Part shown: positions 1 through 9,033 of the stretch, in pieces
How positions within the stretch are numbered: position 1 is the first letter of the stretch
Layout: every line of letters begins with the position of its first letter
Assembly (NCBI GenBank): GCA_963850905.1
Contig: CAWKMU010000003.1
Location: 512,001-576,000, forward strand
Reading direction: 5' to 3'
Origin: an uncultured Gemmatimonadales bacterium
Lineage (GTDB): Bacteria; Gemmatimonadota; Gemmatimonadetes; Gemmatimonadales; Gemmatimonadaceae
Length of the DNA: 64,000 nucleotides
Notes under the pieces: model-generated
The model's database searches: none
Told to the model about the DNA's origin: nothing
Seen by the model: the letters and a program-made list of their open reading frames with translations, nothing else
Position numbers and translations under genes: made by a program

Positions 1-99
1 CTCCTCTCCCCTTTCTCCTCTCTAGAGCGCGTTAGCGCTCTCGCGGGTAGGGGCGACGCATGCGTCGCCCGCCTTTCACCGATGATCACGAGGGTTCCA

Positions 100-807
100 A
101 TGGCTGGACGCAAGCGCCCGACAGCCACGCGCGGTGCCGACCGCCTCGAGGAGTACCACGAGAAACGGGACTTCGCCAGAACGGAGGAGCCCGCGGGCGG
201 AGCGCCATCGCCCTCGCAACATGGCGCACTCGCGTTCGTCGTGCAGAAGCACGCGGCGAGCACGCTGCATTTCGATTTTCGCCTCGAGCTCGATGGCGTC
301 ATGAAAAGCTGGGCCGTGCCCAAGGGCCCGAGTTTGGACCCGACCGTCAAGCGCCTCGCCATGCAGGTCGAAGATCACCCAATTGAATACAACACGTTCG
401 AAGGCACGATTCCCCAGGGCGAGTATGGCGGAGGCACGGTCATGCTCTGGGACCGGGGCACGTACGGCCCGGATCGGGACGCGAGTGCACGGACCGCGGA
501 CGATCGATCGGACGTCGAAGTCCTGCGCGACGGCTACGAGCGTGGCGACTTCAAGTTCGTGCTCTACGGTGAGCGGCTGCGCGGATCGTGGGTGCTGGTT
601 CGGACGCGCTTGCGACGCGGGGCCTCGAGCGCCAAGCCGCAGTGGTTGCTCATCAAGCATCGCGACGCGTACGCCGTGCCGGGATCCGATATCGTCGCGA
701 CGGACGAGACCTCGGTCACCACCGGGCGCACGATGGAAGCCATCGCGGGCCACCGGAAGTCCCCTGCGCGCACGCCGACCGCGCGCCCGCGGCGGCAGCG
801 CAAGTGA
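100..807 (+). CDS. DNA ligase D 3'-phosphoesterase domain protein (stand-alone)
   Basis: Motifs EYHEKRDFARTEEP, FVVQKHAASTLHFDFRLE, KSWAVPKGPS, EDHPIEY and YGGGTVMLWDRG are typical of the LigD PE domain. Start could be 82 or 100. Confidence 0.93.
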   Translation: MAGRKRPTATRGADRLEEYHEKRDFARTEEPAGGAPSPSQHGALAFVVQKHAASTLHFDFRLELDGVMKSWAVPKGPSLDPTVKRLAMQVEDHPIEYNTFEGTIPQGEYGGGTVMLWDRGTYGPDRDASARTADDRSDVEVLRDGYERGDFKFVLYGERLRGSWVLVRTRLRRGASSAKPQWLLIKHRDAYAVPGSDIVATDETSVTTGRTMEAIAGHRKSPARTPTARPRRQRK

Positions 808-1751
808 ACCGTCGCGAGGCGGCGAAACCGTCCACGCGGGCCGTCTCCCCGTCGCCGGCGTTGACGAATCTCGATAAGGTCTTCTTCCCCCGCGACGGCT
901 ATACGAAGGGCGACCTGGTCGACTACTACACGCGCATGGCCGCCCAGATTCTGCCCGTCATTCGCGACCGGCCGCTTGCGCTCAAGCGATATCCAGACGG
1001 CGTCTCCGGCCCGTTCTTCTTTCAGCAGAATGCGCCCACCGCGGATCGCGTGCCGCGTGGGGTGCGCGTCGAATCCGTGCCTGTCGTGCTGGACGGCGCG
1101 TCGCACCCACGGCTCATCGGCGGCGACCTCGCGACATTGCTGTACACGGTGCAACTGGGATGCATTGGCGTCGATCCGTGGCACGCGCGCATTCGCACGC
1201 TCCAGTATCCAGACTATACGATCATTGACCTCGATCCCGGCGAGGCAGTGCCTTTTGCGCGCATCGTCGAGGTCGCGCTCGGGGTCAAAACCGCTCTCGA
1301 TGCGGCGGGGCTGCACGGCATCGCGAAGACGTCGGGCTCTCGCGGCATTCACATCTATATCCCGCTGCCGACCAGGACGTCCGAGCCTACCGCGCTCGCT
1401 GCCGCCCAGCACATCGCGACGCGCGTCGCCCAAGCGCACCCACGCGAAGCAACCATCCTCCGCGGATTACGGGATCGCGGAACTGACACGGTCTATCTCG
1501 ACTACTTGCAGAACGCACGGGGCAAGACCGTTGCAGCCGCGTACTGCGTGCGTGCAGTGGCGGACGCACGGGTCTCCACACCGCTCGAGTGGTCGGAGCT
1601 CACGCGCACACTCGACCCTCACGCCTTCACGCTGCGCACGGTCCCCGATCGTGTGGCTCGTCGGGGCGATCTGTGGGCTCAGGCCATGAAGAAACGCAAT
1701 TCCGCCGCAGCGCTCCGCGACCTGTTGCGGGAATCGCGCGGCACGAAATAG
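804..1751 (+). CDS. DNA ligase D polymerase (primase-polymerase) domain protein
   Basis: LTNLDKVFFP, KRYPDG, IIDLDP, KTSGSRGIHIY, YLDYLQN, VSTPLEW. The GTG start overlaps the upstream stop (GTGA). Confidence 0.92.
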   Translation: MNRREAAKPSTRAVSPSPALTNLDKVFFPRDGYTKGDLVDYYTRMAAQILPVIRDRPLALKRYPDGVSGPFFFQQNAPTADRVPRGVRVESVPVVLDGASHPRLIGGDLATLLYTVQLGCIGVDPWHARIRTLQYPDYTIIDLDPGEAVPFARIVEVALGVKTALDAAGLHGIAKTSGSRGIHIYIPLPTRTSEPTALAAAQHIATRVAQAHPREATILRGLRDRGTDTVYLDYLQNARGKTVAAAYCVRAVADARVSTPLEWSELTRTLDPHAFTLRTVPDRVARRGDLWAQAMKKRNSAAALRDLLRESRGTK

Positions 1752-1775
1752 AAATATCGACGTTCTACCGAGCGC

Positions 1776-4499
1776 CTACTCTCTCGGCCGACCAGCAGTC
1801 GCCGCCAGCACGGACGGCTCGATCCCGTCGACGATCCTCTGCTCCATGACCTCGGCCGATACGGGGCGAGCAAAGAAGTAGCCCTGACCGAGGTCGCAGC
1901 CGAGCGCGCGTAGGGCCTGCCACTGCTCGCGCACCTCGATACCCTCGGCGATGGTCGTGAGCCCGAGGTTTTCGGCGAGCGCGATGATCGCGCGTGCGAG
2001 CGCGGGCTGACCGCGCTCCCTGCCGATGTCGTCCACGAACGACTTCGCGATCTTGAGAATGTCGATGGGAAACCGTTGCAGGTAGCTGAGCGACGAGTAT
2101 CCCGTCCCAAAATCGTCGATCGCCAGCTGGACACCGACCGCCTTGAGCTGCGTCAGCCGCTCGAGCATGGTCTCGGTCCGCTGCATCAGCACGCTCTCGG
2201 TGATTTCGAGCACGAGGCATTCGGGCCGGAGTCCGGATTGCGCCAGCGCGCGACGGACCGCGTCCACGATGCTGGGGAGTTGCAGCTGCTGCCCAGAGAC
2301 ATTGACCGTGAGCAGGAGCGGTGTCGGCGTGCGCAGGCGCGCATCCCACTCCGTCGCCTGTCGACATCCTTCCGAGATGACCCATTCGCCAAGTGCGGCA
2401 ATGAGGCCCGTCTCCTCGGCGAGCGGGATGAACTGCGAGGGATACAGCAAGCCACGACGCGGATGATTCCAGCGAATGAGCGCTTCCATCCCGGCGATGC
2501 GCGCCTGATCGAGCGAGACGATCGGCTGATACAGGAGCATCAGCTCCCCTCGCTCCAGCGCTCGGCGCAGATCGGCCTCGAGCTCGAGACGGTCGAGCGC
2601 CTCGCGGTGCATGCGTGTCTCGAACTGTTCGGACCTCGCCTTGCCGCGGCTCTTGGCGGTGTACATGGCCATGTCGGCATTGCGGAGCAGTTCGGAGGCC
2701 GTCATCCCCGCGGTGGCCACGGCGATGCCGAGGCTCGCGGTGACGACCACCTCCTTGCCTTCGACCGCAAATGGCTCCCTGAGCGCTGCCGTGATTCGAT
2801 CCGCCGCCAACCCGGCCAGTGCGGCATTCGCATCCTCGATCAACACCGCGAACTCGTCGCCCCCGAGTCGCGCAACGGTGTCCGACGCGCGAACGCTGGC
2901 CGACAGGCGCACGGCTGCGGCGACGAGCAGGCGGTCGCCCGCGACGTGGCCCAGACTGTCGTTGATGGTCTTGAAGTTGTCGAGATCGAGAAACAGGACT
3001 GCCATGCCTTCCCCGTGCCGCAACCCGCGCTCGAGCGCGTGCGTGACGCGATCGAAGAAGAGCGCGCGGTTGGCCAGTCCGGTGAGTGGGTCATGGAAGG
3101 CCTGATGCGTCAGCTGCGCCTCGAGCGCCTTGCGTTCGCTGATGTCCCGGGCGTTGAGGACGATGCCGCGCACCGTCGGCTCGAAGAGCAGATTCGTGCC
3201 GACCGCCTCGACGGACAACCACCGCCCATCTCGGTGTTGGATGCGCCACTCTGTCGGTATGGTCGACGCGCCCGGAGGCGTCGTGGTGGACAGTGCCGCC
3301 GCTCCCCGCGCCACGTCGTCCGGGTGCAACAGGGACATCAGCTGCGCGCCCTCCAGTTCCCGAGGCTCGTAGCCGAACCAGCGGGTGACCGACGGACTGA
3401 TGAAAGAAATGACGCCGTCGCCGCCGGCGATCGCGATCACGTCGGAGGAATGCTGGACCAAGGCGCGGAACCGGGCTTCGTTCTCCACCGCCGCAGTTTC
3501 GGCGACGAGCCGCGCGTTCTCCCGCACAGCCGTCAGCTGACGCAGCACGATGAGGAGCGTGACGAGTAGCGTGCCCTCGGCCAGGGATGTCCAATTCTCG
3601 TTCGTATGGCGGAGCGCTTCGCGGATCAGCAGCGCGTAGCAGGCAACCAGGGCGATATACGGCAGCGGACTGAAGGGCTGCACGCGACCGCGACCGACGC
3701 TTGGCCCTTCCCGCACCGGCTCCGGCGGGTCGAAGGCGTATCGCTGACACGCCCATACGAGCAAGAGCGACGAAGTCACGAACGCCCACCAGATCAACCG
3801 GCTCCAGCCACTCGAGTGCACCAACTCACTCGACAGGTCTGCACCGGCGAAGACCGCGATGCTCAGCACGAGCGCGACAAACCGGGCGCGCCGGCGGCGC
3901 GGCCGGAGCCAGACCGTCGTTAGTCCGAGCGCGATCGCGATGTCACCGGCGGCGTAGCCAACGTGGAGAAACTGCCCCAGCGCCGGCCGGCCGCTGGCCA
4001 TCGTCGGCAGGACGACGAAATACCAGACGACCAGTCCGACCGCCAGCAGGATCGTCGTCGCGTCGTAGAGGAACTTGCGCCGCTCCGCTTCGATCCGTCT
4101 CGCGCGCGGCAGAGCCAGCAGCGCGGCCAACCAGCAGGGATACAGCAGAAGCATCGGCAGGTTGACCCAGGTGTTGCTCGGGTCTTTGTGCAAGCCATAC
4201 GCATAGGCGATCCGCAACAGCGTGCCGATGAGACCAGCGACAAACCCCAACCCGATCAGCTCGAGCGCGCGCCGCAGGCCCATGTGCCCATCGCGAGGCA
4301 TGCGCGACGCGGTGATCCACGTCATCGCGATGATCCCGAGGTTGATCGGCAGAAACCCCGACACGAGGACCAATCGGCCAGCAAGGGTGTCGAGAGGCAC
4401 GGCGCCGAGGTACAGGGCATACCATGCCGCATACGCCGTCACCCCGACTGCCAGCACATTGGCGGAGTCGCGTAGCCACCGGCGTATCATGAGGGCCAT
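1776..4499 (-). CDS. Membrane-anchored PAS-GGDEF-EAL c-di-GMP signalling protein
   Basis: Multi-TM N-terminus, PAS domain, HDPLTGLANR, RLGGDEF, EALIRW, DDFGTGYSSL. Confidence 0.95.
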   Translation of the reverse strand: MALMIRRWLRDSANVLAVGVTAYAAWYALYLGAVPLDTLAGRLVLVSGFLPINLGIIAMTWITASRMPRDGHMGLRRALELIGLGFVAGLIGTLLRIAYAYGLHKDPSNTWVNLPMLLLYPCWLAALLALPRARRIEAERRKFLYDATTILLAVGLVVWYFVVLPTMASGRPALGQFLHVGYAAGDIAIALGLTTVWLRPRRRRARFVALVLSIAVFAGADLSSELVHSSGWSRLIWWAFVTSSLLLVWACQRYAFDPPEPVREGPSVGRGRVQPFSPLPYIALVACYALLIREALRHTNENWTSLAEGTLLVTLLIVLRQLTAVRENARLVAETAAVENEARFRALVQHSSDVIAIAGGDGVISFISPSVTRWFGYEPRELEGAQLMSLLHPDDVARGAAALSTTTPPGASTIPTEWRIQHRDGRWLSVEAVGTNLLFEPTVRGIVLNARDISERKALEAQLTHQAFHDPLTGLANRALFFDRVTHALERGLRHGEGMAVLFLDLDNFKTINDSLGHVAGDRLLVAAAVRLSASVRASDTVARLGGDEFAVLIEDANAALAGLAADRITAALREPFAVEGKEVVVTASLGIAVATAGMTASELLRNADMAMYTAKSRGKARSEQFETRMHREALDRLELEADLRRALERGELMLLYQPIVSLDQARIAGMEALIRWNHPRRGLLYPSQFIPLAEETGLIAALGEWVISEGCRQATEWDARLRTPTPLLLTVNVSGQQLQLPSIVDAVRRALAQSGLRPECLVLEITESVLMQRTETMLERLTQLKAVGVQLAIDDFGTGYSSLSYLQRFPIDILKIAKSFVDDIGRERGQPALARAIIALAENLGLTTIAEGIEVREQWQALRALGCDLGQGYFFARPVSAEVMEQRIVDGIEPSVLAATAGRPRE

Positions 4500-4775
4500 A
4501 CGGGGGAGGACGCGCGCCTGCTACTCCGGGAAACGGTTTTGGTGAAACGAGTTAGGCGTGGAGACCTAACTGCGGGTCGAGGACCAGGGATCAGGGCCGG
4601 TAGGCGCGACGCCTTGCGTCGCTGGTCGTCGCCGTGGGGTCAGCGATCAGCGGACAAACCCATAAGCCGATCACGGCGCATGGTGACCGGCCATGGACCG
4701 GTAGGGGCGACGCATTGCGTCGCCCGTTGTTGTCGTTGCGGTTGTCGTTCCCAAACCCCAGACCCGCCTTAGCGG

Positions 4776-5306
4776 TCAGACATGACAGCTATCCAACCCC
4801 CGCTTCTCGAGGTACCGCTGGTGATACTCCTCTGCCTCGTAGAACGGTGGGGCGGGCTCGATGGCAGTCACGATGGGGCGATGAAAGCGGCCGCTCGCTT
4901 CGAGTGCCGCGAGCGAGGCCCGCGCGGCGCGCTCCTGCTCCGGCGAGGTGAAGAAGATCACTGACCGATACTGCGTGCCGACATCAGGTCCCTGTCGGTT
5001 CAGCGTGGTCGGATTGTGGTTCTCCCAAAACACGCGCAGTAGTTCATCGTAGGAAACCCGCGACGGATCGAAGCTCACCTCCACGACTTCGGCGTGCCCC
5101 GTGCGATCGGTACACACCTGCTCATAGGTGGGGTTGCGGACGGACCCGCCCGCATACCCAGAGCGTGCATTCAACACGCCTGGTATGGAGCGAAACAATG
5201 CTTCCACTCCCCAAAAACAACCCGCGCCGAAGAGGGCGATTTCGGTCTTTGCGCTACCGGCCACCGCCGTGTCGCTCGACCCCGATGCTTGCTTCGCTTC
5301 TGCCAT
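4776..5306 (-). CDS. msrA: Peptide methionine sulfoxide reductase A
   Basis: GCFWGVE, GTQYRS and AEEYHQRY motifs. Confidence 0.97.
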   Translation of the reverse strand: MAEAKQASGSSDTAVAGSAKTEIALFGAGCFWGVEALFRSIPGVLNARSGYAGGSVRNPTYEQVCTDRTGHAEVVEVSFDPSRVSYDELLRVFWENHNPTTLNRQGPDVGTQYRSVIFFTSPEQERAARASLAALEASGRFHRPIVTAIEPAPPFYEAEEYHQRYLEKRGLDSCHV

Positions 5307-5469
5307 TATGCCGTTACACCTCGTGTAATGAGGAGAAGTTCCGTGCGTTCCCTCGCGTCAGACGTCCTGCAATCGAGCGCAACGCCGTCCGCACGATGCG
5401 ACGGCCGCGGCGGGTAGGGGCGACGCATGCGTCGCCCTGCGGGCTGACACCGTCCGCATGAGCCGAGAA

Positions 5470-6018
5470 TCACGCCGGCACGGGCGCGGGTCCGCGGCGC
5501 AACCGGATTCCGCACGCCGCGAGCATGCTGCCCGAGAAAGCGGCGTACACACCCAGCGCCCACGCGACGCTGTCGGGACCCGCGTCCTGATACTGCAAGA
5601 CCACGAGCCCGAGCGCGACGCCAACGGCCCCGCTGAGGGAGAGTAGCCACTCGCGGGTCGGATGATGGACATGCACGGCCGCCGTGATCCGAAACACGCC
5701 GGCCGTGATGCTCCAGGCGGCGACCAACGGGGCGAGGAGTTGGGGTGCATCGTGACGCGTGAAGAATGCAGTGAGCCCCGCGACCACCCCTAGCACGCCC
5801 TCGATCACGAACAGCGAGGACCGCATGTCGGTGCCGCTGGCCCGGGTGGCGGACGCGACGGTCACCGCGCCGTCAGTCAAGGCGTACACCCCGACTAGTG
5901 TGCCCAGAGCCGCGGCAGTCACCGCCGGCATCACAAACGCGAGAATCGCCAGCGCGATACCGACAGCCCCGCGCACGATGATTGTCCACGCGAACTGCAC
6001 TCGAGGGGAGGCGGACAT
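5470..6018 (-). CDS. HdeD/DUF308 family membrane protein
   Basis: Six hydrophobic helices with the typical RG...G...P and GVYALTDG patterns. Confidence 0.8.
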   Translation of the reverse strand: MSASPRVQFAWTIIVRGAVGIALAILAFVMPAVTAAALGTLVGVYALTDGAVTVASATRASGTDMRSSLFVIEGVLGVVAGLTAFFTRHDAPQLLAPLVAAWSITAGVFRITAAVHVHHPTREWLLSLSGAVGVALGLVVLQYQDAGPDSVAWALGVYAAFSGSMLAACGIRLRRGPAPVPA

Positions 6019-6251
6019 GGGTGGGTCCCTCCGGTAGCCGCGGCTCAGTCCTGGGCACGCTTGCCGCCACAAAAAGCAACGTAGTCACTGGCTACCCATC
6101 ACGTCCAGCCAGTTGCCGCGCCGCGGCGGGATGCGGTAGAGGATGCTAGCTTGTCTGGCGCGACGAGTGGCTGGCTGCTCGTGGCAACGCTCGAGCCGAG
6201 CCGCGATGTCTACCAGCCATCACTTTCAATCCTGACCCCGCAATCATCAGT

Positions 6252-7973
6252 ATGCTTCGCACATTTGCCGCGCGGTCTCCCAACCGGCCGAGGCGCGCGC
6301 TCCGCCTGTGGCAAACGTTCGGCGTCGCGTGCCTCGCGTGCCCCGCGGCCGTGGCCGCCCAGACCGGAGACCCCCTTCCACTCAAGCACCCGCCGCAGGC
6401 CACGCATCCCGCGATCACTGTGGCGGATCTCGAGACGAGGCTGTACGTCTACGCCAATGATTCGATGGAGGGCCGGCGCGCAGGCACGCTCGGCGACCTC
6501 AAGGCAACCGCATACATCGCCGCCGAATTCAAGCGTCTCAAGCTTGTGCCCGCCGGTGACAGCGGCAGCTATTTCCAGAATATCCCGCTCGTCACGTTTG
6601 CGTTCGACACGGCAGCACCGCTGGTGGTTGGCACCCAGCAGTTGACGTTCAAAAGCGACTTTCTGCCGGTGAGCCGGCGCGCCACCCAAGCAATCGACGG
6701 GTTGCAAGTCGTGTATGGCGGACAACTGTGCGACTCGGGTGCGACCCGGCTCACCGATGCCCAGACCGCGCACACGGTCGTCCTGTACAACTTGCCCGCG
6801 GACCCGATGGCGCGAGCAATGTGCTTGCAGCGGTCCGGCCGGGTGCCCCTCCCCAAGGCTTCCGGAATCGTGTTGCCGGGCCTGCAAGCGCTTCCGCCGC
6901 AGTTGGTCGACTATCTCGCGCGACCGCAGACGGTCCTTCGGCGCCCCGATGCGGACACGACGCACGGTCCGCTGCTGGTGTTGGTCACGCCGGAGGCCGC
7001 GCGCGCGTTCGTCTCGCGTCCACTCGACAGCCTGACCGTGGGCGATATCGGCGCGACGGTAGAGCGCGGGCCAGTGTCGAGCGAGACGCCCGCGGCCGCC
7101 CGCAACGTTGTTGCGATCCTGCCGGGCAGCGACCCGAAGCTCAAGAACGAGTACGTCGCCCTCGGCGCGCACAACGATCATCTCGGGGTCACGTCGCCGG
7201 TCGATCACGATTCCATTCGGGCGTACAACCAGGCGCTGCACAAGCTCGGCGCGGTCGATCCGTTCACCCAGATCGACCAGGCCAAGATCGCCACCATCCA
7301 CATCAATGTGGATTCGCTGCACCGGCTGCATCCGGCGCGCCGCGACTCGATTGACAACGGCGCAGACGACGACGGATCCGGCACAGTCGCCCTGCTCGAG
7401 ATCGCCGAGAATCTCGCGACGGACAAGCACCGACCGAAGCGCTCGATCCTCTTCGTGTCCCACACGGCCGAGGAGCTCGGCCTGTTTGGATCTGAATACT
7501 TCACCGACCATCCGACGGTCCCACGAGATTCGATCGTCGCGCAGCTCAACATGGACATGATCGGTCGCGGCGACTCTGCGGACATCGTCGGCGGCGGACC
7601 ACGGTACTTGCAGTTGGTCGGATCGCGACGCCTCTCGACGGAGCTCGGCGACCTGGTCGAGTCGGTGAACAAATCGGAGGCCGAACCGTTCGTCTTCGAT
7701 TACCAATTCGATGCGAACGGGCATCCGGAGAACATCTATTGCCGGAGCGACCACTACGAGTACGCCCGCTACGGCATTCCAATCGTGTTCTTCACGACCG
7801 GCCAACATTCCGACTACCATCAGGTGACCGATGAGCCGGAATACATCGACTACGTTCACCTGGCGCATGTGGCGTCATTCGTGCGCGATGTCGCGGTGCA
7901 GCTCGCAGATCTCGACCACCGCCCGCTCGTGGACAAGCCGAAGCCCGATCCGCATGGAGTGTGTCGCCAGTAG
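6252..7973 (+). CDS. Secreted M28 family metallopeptidase
   Basis: Signal peptide, GAHNDH, NGADDDGSG, AEELGLFGS, RSDHY, DYHQVTD. Confidence 0.93.
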   Translation: MLRTFAARSPNRPRRALRLWQTFGVACLACPAAVAAQTGDPLPLKHPPQATHPAITVADLETRLYVYANDSMEGRRAGTLGDLKATAYIAAEFKRLKLVPAGDSGSYFQNIPLVTFAFDTAAPLVVGTQQLTFKSDFLPVSRRATQAIDGLQVVYGGQLCDSGATRLTDAQTAHTVVLYNLPADPMARAMCLQRSGRVPLPKASGIVLPGLQALPPQLVDYLARPQTVLRRPDADTTHGPLLVLVTPEAARAFVSRPLDSLTVGDIGATVERGPVSSETPAAARNVVAILPGSDPKLKNEYVALGAHNDHLGVTSPVDHDSIRAYNQALHKLGAVDPFTQIDQAKIATIHINVDSLHRLHPARRDSIDNGADDDGSGTVALLEIAENLATDKHRPKRSILFVSHTAEELGLFGSEYFTDHPTVPRDSIVAQLNMDMIGRGDSADIVGGGPRYLQLVGSRRLSTELGDLVESVNKSEAEPFVFDYQFDANGHPENIYCRSDHYEYARYGIPIVFFTTGQHSDYHQVTDEPEYIDYVHLAHVASFVRDVAVQLADLDHRPLVDKPKPDPHGVCRQ

Positions 7974-8463
7974 TCAGCAGCGAGCGCGATCCCGGCCCTG
8001 GAGCTTCGCGGCCGCGGTCGCGCTCTGTATCGCCGCCCCCCTCTCGGCTCAGCAGCAGCCACCACCGGTAGGGTTCGGGCGAGCGGTTGGCCAGACGGCG
8101 GTCGGGGTGCTTGGCATGGGCGCCGGATTCGTCGGCACTGGATTGGCCGCCCGGTGGGCCGCCACGCACTGGTTTCACGCGTCCGAGGACGGGGCCTCTT
8201 CGGTCGCCCTCGGCGCCGCTTACGTCGGCGGCGCCCTTGGGGCGGCCGCCGGTCCTACTATTGTAGGGGCGGGTTCAGGCCCGCGCGGCACGTATTGGGG
8301 CGCGCTCGCCGGATCGGCCGCAGGCGGCGTCGGCAGCTTCCTCATTGTCCGCCTGAACCGGGCCGTGGACCTCGGTACCATCCCCCGGATTATCTCCACC
8401 GCAGCGGTGCTGACACTGCCCGCGATCGGGGCAACCGTCGGTTATAACCTGAGTAGGCACTGA
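7954..8463 (+). CDS. Hypothetical Gly/Ala-rich membrane protein
   Basis: Signal-like segment followed by several Gly-rich helices; fills the gap after the peptidase. Start uncertain. Confidence 0.6.
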   Translation: MECVASSQQRARSRPWSFAAAVALCIAAPLSAQQQPPPVGFGRAVGQTAVGVLGMGAGFVGTGLAARWAATHWFHASEDGASSVALGAAYVGGALGAAAGPTIVGAGSGPRGTYWGALAGSAAGGVGSFLIVRLNRAVDLGTIPRIISTAAVLTLPAIGATVGYNLSRH

Positions 8464-8738
8464 AAAAGGCGGGGTCAGGGGTCAGGGCCCGGGGGTCAGG
8501 AAACAAATCGAACGGCCGATCACAGTGCGTCGCGACCGGCCTTGGACCAGTAGGGGCGACGCACTGCGTCGCCCGCCGTTGCCGTTGTCGTTCGCGTTGT
8601 CGTTCCCTGATCCCTGGCCCCTGACCCCGCCGTTCTAATTGCCGTTGCCGTTCCCCTGACCCCTGACCCCTGACCCCGCAGTTCAGTCCCCAACCCTGTG
8701 TTGCCCTGAGGCACAGAAGCGACTTAGCTTCCCCAACC

Positions 8739-9033
8739 TGCCCCTTGGTGTAACTGGCAACACGCCTGACTCTTGGAGGGTTTTCGGGACACCACGTCGG
8801 AAACGACGTGTGTGAATGCGCTCAAATTCGGCGAACGGTGTCACATCCCAACGCCGAGCCAAGCCGGGCCTGACCACCGGACCGGAAGGTGTAGAGACTC
8901 GACGGGCGCGACCTGACCACCGCGGGTGAAGGTCAAGACAGAGTCCGGGCCACGAACGCGCCGGCGGCGCGGCGGCGAAAGCCGAAGTGGTGGAGGGATC
9001 AGGAGAGTCCTGGTTCGAGCCCAGGAGGGGCAA
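8739..9033 (+). tRNA. tRNA-Gln(CUG), intron-containing (exon 1 8739-8773, exon 2 8996-9033)
   Basis: Joined exons give TGCCCCTTGGTGTAACTGGCAACACGCCTGACTCTGGATCAGGAGAGTCCTGGTTCGAGCCCAGGAGGGGCAA, a full cloverleaf: U1-A72 acceptor stem, anticodon stem CCTGA/TCAGG, GTTCGA T-loop. CCA is not encoded. Confidence 0.9.
8774..8995 (+). ncRNA. Group I self-splicing intron (IC3-like), 222 nt, no ORF
   Basis: P element CTCAAATTCGGCGAA (8821), Q AACGCCGAGCCAAG (8850), R GAAGGTGTAGAGACTCGACGG (8885), S AAGACAGAGTCC (8935). Pairings: P3 GCGCTC/GGGCGC, P7 GACTC/GAGTC, P8 GACCT/AGGTC, GAAA-capped P2 and P9. Preceded by U and ends in G. Confidence 0.92.
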
